DNA of 64,000 nt from Callorhinchus milii (Eukaryota), in the NCBI RefSeq assembly GCF_018977255.1, contig NW_024704742.1, positions 52,020,001-52,084,000 of the forward strand. The letters run 5' to 3'. Position numbers and translations under genes: made by a program. The notes beneath the pieces are model-generated. The model saw nothing but the letters and a program-made list of their open reading frames with translations. It did no database searches and had not been told where the DNA came from. Positions 25,325 to 37,188 of this stretch are shown here, piece by piece; the first letter of the stretch is position 1; the number at the start of each line of letters is the position of its first letter.

Positions 25325-26339
25325 CTGCAACAGGCTTTGCGACTGACACAAGTGCAACAAAAACTCACAGGGTAACAAGGCCAACTTTCATCATAAACAG
25401 TGAGGCTGGGCCCATGTAAACTCCACTCGGGATCATGTTCGATGAGAAAATTAAATATTCCCAGACACGAACACCTCAGACCTCTGAGAGTCTCTTACCC
25501 CAGGCGGTATGCAAATGAACGCAACCACAGTCCTGCTGGGAAGCTGCTCTGTATAGCACCCTTGTTAAGACTTGCATGCAGTTTTTTCATGCAAATTGGA
25601 ACAGCAGGTCATAGCTTATGGTTTCTCCTTGTGAATATGCCCAAACTAAAGCAACATATTCTCTTCTCCTTTTGTGTGCTGAAAGTTCCCTGACCATTAG
25701 CCAGTTTTATAAATGAAGTTAATTACTGCACCACTGTAGACAGCCTTCGTGTGAACATTTCAATAAAATTACTACCATGACTGGTGAACTTTCCTAATGT
25801 ATAATAAGCAGGGCCTATTAGCATCAGAAGGGTCAGATGAATGACATGTGAACAGTCCCAGTGTTTGAACTGAATTGAGCTATTATAACCTGGCTCTGGA
25901 AGTTTTTGTCAGCCTTCAAGGCTACATCTTTCTTACATACTCCCCTTAATTCTATTTCCCAAATCCAGGATAAACTTACACTACGCATTCAAGCTCTGCA
26001 GAAATCATCAATTTAAATTGCAATTGAATTACTTCTGAAACACTGGAGTCTGTCTACTTTGCAGCATTTTTTGCTGGATTTCTTAATAACGAACAGTGTT
26101 GGAATTGTCAATTTGAGGGAACTTCACTCTAGAAGTAGATTGTGTTGGAGTGGAGTTCCAGTAAGTGGGAAGGAGTCCCACTGGCACAACATAGATTCTT
26201 TATTAAGAAATCCTATTAAGAAATAACAAAATACTGTAACTATCTTTAGTGTAAGACAAAGCACTCTGGGGTTCCCTTCTGGCCTCAGCCCCGATGAGGT
26301 AATGCACTTTTCCTTTGTACCAACACTGACAAGTAAATA

Positions 26340-26580
26340 AAATAATCCTTGCATTTGATATAACGCTTCTCACGTCTTCTAGACGTCTCAAAGCGCTTCA
26401 CAAAATATACTGTAAAGTGAATTGACTGTATATTTGTGGGCAAAACACGGCAGCCAATTGCGCACAGCAGTGTCCCACAAACAGTCGTGGATTGAATATC
26501 CAATTTATTTATTTTTTTGTCGAGGGATTATTATCAGGCGTTTGGAGTAAGGAAACTTGCCCAAGGTTTCGCCCTGCCGG
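26340..26580 (-). mobile_element. Same SINE, 5'-truncated short form with terminal inversion
   Basis: Tail through gccctgccggga, then an inverted copy of the preceding 18 nt. Confidence 0.9.
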
Positions 26581-27842
26581 GAAACCTTGGGCAAGTTTGC
26601 TTTAAAAAAAGTAAAGCAAAGTGACTGTGTAAAGCTAAATGCTCAACACCATGGATTAAACATTTATTACTTTGTAACTGCTAGAATCAACATATTTCGC
26701 TCTCCAGGCGCCCACAAAACTAAACAATCATAATTCTATTGTAGTAACTGATGTTATGTTAAAATACTGTGTTTTTCTGTGCATTTTTTCAAATGGATAA
26801 GTTGTGTCTTTGTTATCACATCTAAACGACTTACTGAAGGCTAGAAATGATTTTAACTTTGATTCAGCACCTACTGTTTCTGGTGAGCATTCCACAACAA
26901 ATTTATAAACAAACATTTTATTGAATTTTAGCAAATGTTTGAACGTCACAAAAAGTTTAGTATTTGTTTGTTTCAGCTGCAGTGCACCATTGCTAATTTT
27001 CTGTTTATAAGCAAAAGCAAAATATCTTCATCTTTGAAAATATTTTGGTTCCCTCAGCTATTCTTAAAATTTTAAAATCAACATTGGTGACTCACATAGT
27101 ATTCTTACATTTCTGAACTTTGCAATTGAAAACTCAAGCATTGCCCCTCAAGAAGAGGAATGTTTTCTGTCCTTCTTTAATGCGAATTACTTCTGTTATT
27201 TTTTTTAAAAAGTTCAAATTCCATATTTTAAACTTGCTGGAGATTAGTCAAAGTAAAAATGACATTATGCACTTTGGGGAAAGTAAACTAATACCCAATT
27301 CCTCTCATGCTATACAGTAAAAATATTCTTATATTCTATCAACCTCACACAGTGCAACTGAGAGTATGGCTCTCACCATTCTGAATGCCAGGATCAGGAA
27401 TATAAATCAGAGTTGCTTTCTGGACTGCTGTCAACAACAACAGCTCTGAACTGTTAACTCCTTTGCCAAGAAATCCACAAGGAATTCTGTGGGCTCCATA
27501 CTTTCCATTTCTTCTCATTCTGCTGTTCTACCCTTTATTATTTCCCAGTTCCTGTCAGGTCCACTCTAAAATTGATAAATTCATATTTTCAAAGCAAGGT
27601 AATTTGCTTTTTATTATAATTATGATTTATTTTCTTACTGCACAATTGGGAATTGTTTTTAGAAAGATAATCTAATGCTGTAAAAAGCATAAGCGTTTTA
27701 GATGGTTAAAAATAGAATGGTTTAAAACAATCTGCAATACTCTACACTAAATCTCTCCTCAGCACAACAACAACTTGCATTTATATAGTGCCCTTCACCC
27801 GGGGTAGTGTCTCAGAGCACTTTGCAGCATGCAGCAGTATCA

Positions 27843-28003
27843 AATTTTGTCACATCACTTGTTGGAAATTTTCACTCCATGATCCCATGCTTTGCTATTT
27901 TTAAGAGGGCAAATTATAGTTGAAGATTTTAATTTGCTTTCTTAGAAATTGCAGAGCATGGGATTATGGGATGAAAATTTCCAACACGTGATGTGATAAA
28001 ATT
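27843..28003. repeat. Long inverted repeat: 74-bp arms, 13-nt loop
   Basis: Arms 27843-27916 and 27930-28003 are complementary at 64/74 positions without gaps. Confidence 0.92.
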
Positions 28004-28276
28004 CCACCCAGTTGATGTTTTAATACAGGCGTGGCCCAGCCTCCAACTTCATTACAGTAACTGGGCCCAAAGCCTCGTACAGATTCAACGATCTGCGTTT
28101 GGGTGCTGGATATCAACTGAAAGAAAGTAACCAACCCAAAAGTTGTTGATATTCTAGGAACCAGAAGAAAAATGCCATTCTGCAGCTCAGCAAGTCCAAT
28201 TAAATGGCTTTTAACACAACCATTTTATTGATATTGGGTCAGCTATCGTCTGGGTGGAATTTTCACTGAACCAGCA

Positions 28277-28980
28277 TCAGCCTGCCTCAGTTGTAGCGCT
28301 CTCGTCTTTGAGTCAGAAGGTTTTGAGGGTCAAGCCTCACACCTCAAGCCAATCTGCTTATTGGATGGGCTTAGAAGGGCAGACAGGGCCAGGGATTCTT
28401 CCTACTTGTTGCCTAGTAACTCTGCAAGCCAAAGTTGTTTTAAAGATTGAGAGATCCCAGCTGGACAAGCAGCACAAAGCTTGCCAGACAGTGTTCTCAA
28501 TGGCAAGCAATGCGGTTTTAGTTGGTTAAACTTCAGCAGTACCCCTAACATACACTACGGAGTCCTCAAGCTTGACTCTCACCGACCTGCACTTCGGCTC
28601 TTTGCAATTAGCTAAGCAAAGTCCATTTCTCCAGGGAGAGAGTGTGCAAATTCCGTTCCAGACAGAAGAGAAATTTCCATGTGTAGTTGACATATATATG
28701 TGGAAGTCTCAATCTGGTTTGAATACTGTTATGCACAGTGATGGGTTTCCACATGTGTCAGAGACCAGCTGATCAAAAGGAAAGCTCAACACCAGGACTT
28801 GGAGATCACAGTTCAGATTGACACTCCAAGACAGTAATGAAGGTATTGCCAGAAGTGCTGTCCTGCATACAAGACATTAAGCCAAGGTCCCGTTTGTCTG
28901 TTCAGCTTGACATTAAAGAGCCAATGGCACTATTTGAAAAGAGAAGGAAGTTTCTCCCAGTTTCCTGACCAATAACCCTC
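28277..28980 (+). mobile_element. Deu-domain SINE split by a ~445-bp insertion
   Basis: Head at 28277-28343; body resumes at 28789 (acaccaggacttgg) through the Deu core. Confidence 0.75.
28344..28788 (+). repeat. Unclassified repeat, copy nested in a Deu SINE
   Basis: Same motifs; flanked by ACACC at 28339-28343 and 28789-28793. Confidence 0.7.
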
Positions 28981-29014
28981 AAATAAAAAAGCCTCACAAC
29001 TCAAGCAAATCCTC

Positions 29015-29160
29015 TCCGTTCCCCCTCCCCCCAACCCCAGCTCGGGTCTGAAATGCTGTACACGTGAAAGGCGCTATACAAATGTAATCTTGTTGTTGTT
29101 GTTAAGGGCTCTGAGCTTAACATGCATGGAGGGTGCTATATAAGTGCAAGTTGTTGTTGT
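29015..29160 (+). mobile_element. Two tandem L2 3' tails
   Basis: gtgaaaggcgctatacaaatgtaatc(ttg)n followed by gagggtgctatataagtgcaag(ttg)n. Confidence 0.7.
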
Positions 29161-29439
29161 TCTTGTCACTGATTCCTAAATTAAAACAATTATTTTTTCT
29201 CCTATTTATCTTCACAATCTCCTTCATAATCTTTAAGTTCTCCTCTGTTTCACTGGAAAAGCCTCAAGGCACCAACCTCTATTTATACATATTGTAACCA
29301 CAAAATCCCAGAGCACGCAAATGCAGACATACACGGACAAGATTCAAACAGCCCAGGTTTATTAGAGCTGAGGGGAAACCTGAACAGCCTTATAGTGGAT
29401 TCGCTCTGTATTGTGTGTGTGTGTAAGAGAGAGAAGAGA

Positions 29440-29680
29440 GAGAGCTGGCTCCACCCTCCTTCACATCCCTCGTCCCATCTGCTTCATCATTGCCAGCCGT
29501 GCCTTTAGTCACTACTCCCCCAAATTATGGAACTATCTGCCTCAATCCCTCCGCCTTGCCCATCTTCCTATTGGCTGTGCCTCTGGTCACCTCCCTCCTC
29601 TCCCTTGCTCAGTGTCAAGCTCTGCCACTTTTAAGCACTTCGAGACACTACCCCACGTGAATACAAATTGTTGTTGCTGT
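29440..29680 (+). mobile_element. L2 3' fragment
   Basis: RAFSHYSPKLWNYLPQSLR motif plus tail. Confidence 0.8.
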
Positions 29681-30199
29681 TCTCAGTACAACACATGGGC
29701 TCTCCTCACTCTCAGTGTCCGTTACAGTATTTTGGTACCATCATTTATTCCCTAGAGTTAATCCTGCTTGGCCTCTGGCAGCATAAACATCGTGTAAGAT
29801 TTATTATTACTATATCTTCATTGTGGGCATTGCGCATTCCCAGTTAGTCTATTTTGCTCCAAACCAAGAAAAATGAAAAAAAATAAAAGTTGAAAAAAAA
29901 CTTTCTGGAAAGCTGAACAGGGAAAGGAAGCGGAGGAGGGAACAACCCTCTGAGAGTTTATTAGCCTCAATTATATGTTCTTGGCCTGACCAGTAATCAG
30001 CGCATGCACAGATTTCTGCTGAGAAGGTGAACATTTTTGACTTGGTTCACAAGCAAATGGTTCAGATTTAAAAAAAACAGGTTCCTGAGTGGTTATATCC
30101 TTGCCAGTTTCAGAACAAGGACACCAACAACTCTCACTGTTGATTTTACTGGTACAGTTCAGATCAGCTTAGTGATCTGTTAGTGACCCTGTCGGTCGG

Positions 30200-30535
30200 T
30201 TGGTTCCTCCGCTTGGCAAGCATTGGCCTGCTTCACATCGTCCACCCTGCCAGCCCCACTATCTGTGGTCAGACCTTCAGCGTTTCTGCCCCCACTCTCA
30301 GGAACTCCATGCACTTTGCCCTTCACTTCGTCCCTTTCCTTCAAGGTCCATCTCGAGACCTTCCTCTTTGACCATGCCTTCTGTCATCTACCCACCCGCA
30401 CCCCCATCCCAACTTGCTCCCCTCCCCTCCCGAATCCAACCCCTCAGGTTGGGTGCAAACCCTCGACTGTCCAGCACCTTGGAATTTCCTCACGACGAGA
30501 AAAGCGTTATATAAATGCAATTTGCTGTTGTTGAT
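30200..30535 (+). mobile_element. L2 3' fragment
   Basis: GQTFSVSAPTLRNS and FKVHLETFLFDHAF, plus tail. Confidence 0.85.
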
Positions 30536-31013
30536 GATAGGTATCGGCCAGTTTGCTATCTTGCATTGTATCAGTTGGACGCAAGCTACATCGATTAGTG
30601 TATCAGATCATCATCTATTTTTCCAGACTTTTGAGTAGCAACCAGAAATTCGGATTCTGCAGCAAACATTTACATGTGTATTGAATTATATGTATCTCAA
30701 CATCGGATAAGGAGAAAGATAGGGCAAGTTACAAAAATATAGAAAGCCAGAGGAATATATTATGGTACATTAGACATGATTTTAGATCAAGTTATATAAC
30801 AACTTATCTGGCAGAAAAAATACTGCACACCTCATAAAATGCAGGTTGTTTTTTTCCTGGTTTTATATTCACTCGTAGAGAACTAATCTGTGGTAATAAG
30901 TACTCAAATGAGCCAGAAGGATCGCAGTGTGCACCATTAATATATTCATTGATGTATTTATTGCTGCGTTGTAACCCACTAAGAACTCACGAAGAAAATT
31001 GATTATTCTAAAT

Positions 31014-31145
31014 ACAACAACAACAACATTACATTTGTATAGCACCTTTCACGTCGGGAGGACGTTCCAAGGCGCTGGACAGAGCACAGCATTTCAGACC
31101 TTTGCTGGGTTCAGTGGGGGGGTGGTGGGGGGGAAGGGAGGGGAG
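31014..31145 (-). mobile_element. L2 3' tail
   Basis: (caa)n cattacatttgtatagcacctttcacgtcgggaggacg. Confidence 0.8.
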
Positions 31146-32859
31146 GAAATATTACTTTCCAACTTTTCAGCTCAGTCCAACAATACATAGAACACACCAC
31201 ACAGGAAATAGCTAAGTTATTGTAATTCCACGCAAAAGTTACACTATTCAGTCTCATGCTTTGCAATTAAAAACATACAGCAATCTTTTGGTTTTATTAC
31301 CATGATAGATTATCAGTGCAAGTCTAAATGCTACCAGGTCAAAAAAATTAGGAAGAAATATTAATAGTATTAAAAGTATTAATAGTAAGAAATTAAATTG
31401 TGATCCAAAAATTGTGGTCCAAAATAATAAAAGCTGTTCATGAACCAAGAGGAACAGGAGTATCGGGATCTTAAAAAATAAATATATCGCAGATATGGTA
31501 CTAAATCAGATTTAGGAGACTGGCTTCTCAGGCATTGATCAGTATTTTACTCAGCTCAGTTCCACCATGAAACAACACTTAACAGCTGCAACAGTATTAC
31601 TATGCAACTGACAACAAGGTGTGGAGAAGATTTATTGTAATGATAGAAGAGATCAATACCTTTCCAGATTACATGGTGAGAGGTCTGCTTTATCATCAGT
31701 CAAATACAGCCTTCTGAAACAGTAGCCCATCCACTAAGGTATACAAGGATAAGGCCAAAAGAAAAATTGCATTAAAAATAGGAAATTGAATGGATCTATG
31801 TACAAATTGCAGAGACCCAAAGAGAAGACAGCTGCATTTTAATCACATTTTATTTATTTTATTCTTTTGCAACCCAGAAAATTCTGAGCCTTGTTATTCA
31901 ATAGAAAGGCATGGCTTGCACTTTAATTATAGGTATAACATGGGTTAAACTGGCTCTCTTTCCACCTATTCAGGGGCACTAAAAGGATTTTAATTTCAAT
32001 AAGCCTTAGAATATAATGAAATTCAATGATAGTACAGTGAACTGCTGCATAAGAATGCCTGCAGGCTGATGTATATGATGTCAAGTTCCTGCTAAGACAA
32101 TGAGTGGATAGTGCAACAGTACCTTCCTGGTTTGAATCAAATGTTTTGGTTGTTTACAAATGCACACACACACAAAACAATGAGCCACAAAACAAACTGT
32201 CTTTCATTCCGTGGAACATGAATTATGGTTTCAATTCTGGGAAATTATGAAAACAGTGGATTATACTTGCTATCAAATTAAAGCATAGCCACACCTACAA
32301 TATTTTTCTTGATCCATGTTTAATTCTAAGACTGATCACCACACACGGTGGGATGTAACCATCTGCCACTGTTTCAAATGACAAATTAATCAAAATTAAA
32401 CTAATCTGGAACCAAATGAAAAGATGTTCCTGCTCAGTCAGAACTTTAGTGCACTATCTATTAATATACAAACAGACATTTTTAGTACAGATGGAAGCCA
32501 TTTGGTCTATTGTGTATGTATTATCTGTGCCTGAATTGGATCATAATAGATGTAAATCTCCATGCCATCAACAGCTATGAACCATTTATACAGTCAGCAT
32601 GCAATGAAATGTAGATGAAGGAGATACAAATTATGTTTATCTGAATCAGTCTAAAATTAGCTACTTTTGGAATTGAAGAGGAAATAAAATTATATTACAT
32701 TTCGCCTCCACTATCACTCCAGGCCATTCTCACACACTAAATAGCAGTTTCAGTGTGACAGCAGTTACCTTCCCTCTTTATTAGTATCAGGCAGCAAAGG
32801 GGAAGATGGCACATTAAAACTGAAATCTAACACTGAAACAAACAATTCATTTGAAGTTA

Positions 32860-32975
32860 TATATAGATTTACAGCACAGAACAGGTCATTCAACCTAACC
32901 AGTCTGGTGGTGTTTATATTGCACATGAACCTCCTAATACCCTCTCCCATACCCCTCTAATTCCTTCTCCCTCAT
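32860..32975 (-). mobile_element. CR1 3' UTR
   Basis: Antisense of the tail seen at 930-1050. Confidence 0.6.
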
Positions 32976-33092
32976 GTTTACAAAGCATGTAAGTTTGTTA
33001 GTTCTATATTCTTGTTCTCGATTTCAAATTAATTCTTCTATAAGCTAGAGTGGCTTATCACATAAATAAACACTTGAAATTGCCTACTTTTT

Positions 33093-33313
33093 ATGTAGGC
33101 AAATGCAGGAGCGAATCTGTACAAGCAACACCCAGATACCGCAATATGCTTAATCCATATATCATATGAATATGGATGAGGGACTAATATTGGCCAGGAC
33201 GTGGGGAAATCTTCCTTCTCTTGTCTGAAATAGTACCACGATCTTTAACATGCACCTGAACTACCAGAAAAAGACAGACAGGGCCACTGTTCAATATCTC
33301 ATGCGAAGGACAG
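33093..33313 (-). mobile_element. Old Deu-domain SINE fragment
   Basis: aatattggccaggac...gaaatagtaccacgatctttaacatgcacctga...atctcatgcgaaggacag. Confidence 0.7.
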
Positions 33314-34909
33314 ATGAGCTCTTTACTTAGAATCCAAGTAATACAGGCTGATTATATCTACATCTAATTAAAGTCCTAGATCATGGTTCCTTCGTTCTTG
33401 AACTTAAGTACATTTAGTTCTGTGAGTTTGCCTTCATAATTTAGAGCATTAACTGAGTTCCTAAATCATCCTTATCGTCTTATCCATTTCAAGGTACAAT
33501 TCCAAAATTTGCATTACAGTATTTCCAATGTGCTCTTACCAATGATCCATGCTCATTGAAAGTCTCCAGCCAGCATGGTATCAGCAAGGCTAACCTACTA
33601 CTGGATTGCATTTCAAGGGCAATTAATTGCAAACTGAAACATGTTATACTGTACAAAACAGTCCTGGTTAAAACTCCACTAGTTCCTCCCCAGAGATTTT
33701 ACATTTTTAAAACTAGCTTTCTACTTTGTATTCCAAGCCAGTTTCTAAAATAGTTATTTTGGTATCAATTCCATGAACCTTAACTCTTTTTAAGAAGCAT
33801 CTTAGCTCTGTCACTACTAGATTTCCACATCTGCGGCAATACAAGGTTATGTGCACAGCAAATGGCTTGTTTAAAACTTTTAAATAAAGAGCCTTTTAAA
33901 AATGATCTGAATGTAATTTCTGGACCAAATATAATTTATGATTCAAGTATAATGTATAACATCCCTGAATATAAATGTTATTCCCACCAAATTAATCACA
34001 TATAATAATAATAATCCTTGCATGTGACATAGCATCTTATCATATCTTCAAGACGTCCCAAAGCACTTCACAGAATATACAGTAAAGTAAATTGACTGTA
34101 TTTTTTTATTGTGGGCAAAACGCAGCAGACAATTGTGCAAAGCAGTGTCCCACAAACAGTCATGGATTGAGTGACCAAATTGTTATTATTTTTGAAGGGA
34201 TTATTAGCCCCAGAAAAGCATATATTTGGATAGAACAAGGACTTTGAGGGAACAATTGGGCAGCTGCAAAAATGCAAACCAAACTATTCTAAAAATGCCG
34301 TCTGGAGGTGAGGAAGTTCCATTGTAAGTACACACCATCAAGGTTGGTAAATTTGCCAATAAGCAGAAAATAATAAACACTTGTTGCAAGGTCAATACAT
34401 TTAGCAACAAGTGAAGAATAACCTGCATTAAAAGGTAGAAGCTATTCAGTTTTCCACTTGTACTTTTAATGGTTTGGGATTTTCATATTAAAGCTTTTAA
34501 AAAAATGTTACACTTTCAAAATAAGCACACAACGAGCTTTGGCCATGTTGACCTTTGATCAAATAAAAATGAGGCTGATTTTACATGCAGCATTCTGCAT
34601 AAATCCTAAGTTATAACTGAATCAAAAAAACACGTTTGCCCTTTGATAGAGCAATAAGCTATACTCATTTTGAAGGGCTTGAAATAAAAAAGCAATATCT
34701 TTACAAGATAATTTCTGTAATATATTTTTATATGTTAGAATGGTGAAAATGAACAATTAAATACAAGGAAAGCCAGAGTATATTTTGTTTTAACTAACTG
34801 ATTTCTTCCTATACAATGTCTGTAATATGGAAGCAGTGTCAACTGTAGTTTGGAGAAGAATATATGGTAACTTTTGCTAATTATCAATGAAGATCTTAAC
34901 GTTTCCATT

Positions 34910-35217
34910 TATAATAATCCTTGCATTTGATATAGCGCTTTTCACGTCTTCTAGACATCTCAAAGCGCTTCACAGAATATACTGTAAAGATAATTGTCTG
35001 TATATTTTTGGGAAAAATGCGGCAGCCAATTGCGCACAGCAGTTTCCCACAAGCAGTCGTGGATTGAAGTGACCAATTTATTATTTTTTTCTTGAGGTAT
35101 TATTATCAGGCGTGTGGAGTAAAGCAATTTACCCAAGGTTTCGCCCTGCCGGGAATCGAACCCAGGTCTCTCACTTGCGAGGCAAGTGCTCTAACCACTG
35201 AGCTACAGGGCTCCACT
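34910..35217 (-). mobile_element. tRNA-Ala-headed SINE, full-length short form
   Basis: Intact A box, B box (ggttcgattcc) and cloverleaf-like head at 35143-35211; tail at 34910. Confidence 0.93.
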
Positions 35218-35984
35218 GATTTAATTAGTGGTCCATTAGTTATCTTAAAATAGAGATTTTGAAAAACTGAACTTAATTTTCTTGGAAAATACATCTATGC
35301 AGAGCCCCTTCCATAAATACCAAAAGGAAGTTGCAATTTATAAATTACCAAGTTACTTCACACGGTTTTCTTGCAGAATGCTTTTGTCAAAACATGAAAG
35401 GAGATAGCTCCTGAAATAATTTAATTCTGCTTCCCCTCCAGGTAATAGGTTTGTTATATTGGATCTGTCCATTCACAAGTCCACCATTGGGACAGAAATG
35501 TCAATGTAAGAAAGAGGGTTTCACATGATATTAATAGCCATGGAAAAGGGAGACAATGTTAAACAGCCTTTACAGACATTCTAATAGACATCCTAATGGA
35601 CAAGGCAAGTTTGTCCAATATCGTGCATCACACTAACAATGTGCTATTTTGACAGGAGGGCTCTCACACACAAACACAGTGGCAAACTGTTGTCAGTACA
35701 TCACAGATATTTTTGTGGCCCCTGCTGAAAATGTTATACTGGTGTAATAATAATAATCATCATAATAATCCTTGCATTTGATATAACGTCTTATCACATC
35801 TTCAAGACGTTCAAAGCACTTCACAGAATATACTGTATAGTGAATTGACTGTATATTTTGTGGGGGAAACACAGCAGCCAATTGCACACAGCAGGGTCCT
35901 ACAAATCGTCGTGGATTGAAGTGATCAATTTAAGAGGGGGAAAGCACTCTTCTGAGGTTGGGGACTGGAACAATGGGACTTATT

Positions 35985-36205
35985 TTTCACTTGTCTCCAA
36001 CAAAGCCTTCACTGTCAACGACATCATTGTTGATATCAATGGAAACATCACAGAAACCTGTATCACCCCAGGTGACACGTTCCCCCTAACTGAGGCCACA
36101 CCACCTGGCTATACCATCCACCATACCCCACGACCTAACCTCCGTGGCCCTCATCTCCAAGTTCTCACTTGACCTATCCCTCCTTGACCTCTCTGCTGCC
36201 ATTGT
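35985..36205 (+). mobile_element. L2 endonuclease N-terminal fragment joined to an RT fragment
   Basis: SNKAFTVNDIIVD...TETCITPGD...EATPPGYTIHHTPRP resembles the start of an APE domain; it is followed by LLDLSAA from the RT. Confidence 0.7.
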
Positions 36206-36481
36206 AACCTTCCACAAAGCTTTACTGGCTAGTTGTTTCATTACACTGAAGCATGGAGTGTGTGTGCAGGAGAGCTGGCTAGCCTTGAAACCATTTTTAA
36301 CAACCAGTTACAACGTACTAAGTCACATACTCTGCTGAGGCAGAAACAGACCTTGAACAGATGACAAAGATTGGATGAAACCCCAAATTGACTGGAATGC
36401 AACTTCTATTTGATTAAAATCTGCTAAATTATTTGCTCAAAATTGGAGATAGTTTAAATCACACCTATCTCATAGGTATCT

Positions 36482-36715
36482 CAGGGCAAAACCTTGGGCA
36501 AGTTTCCTTATTCCACACGCCTAATAATAATCCCTCCAAAACAATAATAAATTGGTCATTTTCAATCCACGACTGTTTGTGGGACACTTGGCAATTGGCT
36601 GCCGCGTTTCGCCCACAAATATACAGTCAATTCACTATACAGTGTATTCTGTGAAGCACTTTGAGACGTCGAGAAGATGTGAAAAAGCGCTATATCAAAT
36701 ACAAGGATTATTATA
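36482..36715 (+). mobile_element. Same SINE, 5'-truncated short form
   Basis: cagggcaaaaccttgggcaagtttcc through the tail. Confidence 0.9.
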
Positions 36716-37188
36716 TTAGACTAGATTTCACATTGCTGCCATTTCAGATAATAATGTTATTATTATTAGAATTCAGATAATGCCAGAATAAACTGACAGA
36801 AAACTCTTAAATGAATTGTGCTACAAAGGGCCAACTACGGTTTTCCTTCTCCCCTACATCAGCTCCACTGTTAAACACAATTAATTTTTAATGAAAATGG
36901 TGCCTTGCTTTGCCAAAGAAAATAACTGATTCAGTGAGAGATTTCCCACTGTAAACACACAATGAAAAGATCACTATTGTTGGGCGAACAATAGACCTTA
37001 AGAGTATTATTGCACCAGAAAGCATACAAAGAGACAGGAGATAGCTATTAAATGTACTGTAATATAATAGGTGCAGCCCAATTAGCTTGGGAGTGGGGTC
37101 AGTCGAGCCACTGGTGGAAAGCACAGGACTTTAATCTCTGAATTTAATCTGGGGCTGGGGAAGTATGTAGATCCATAGGATCTTTATT

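Noticed and set aside
35143..35211. tRNA-Ala(CGC) gene (also ~43128-43198, 11640-11708, 24295-24362)
   Set aside because: The cloverleaf-like head continues into a SINE body, lacks the G3:U70 alanine identity pair and has no oligo-T terminator.
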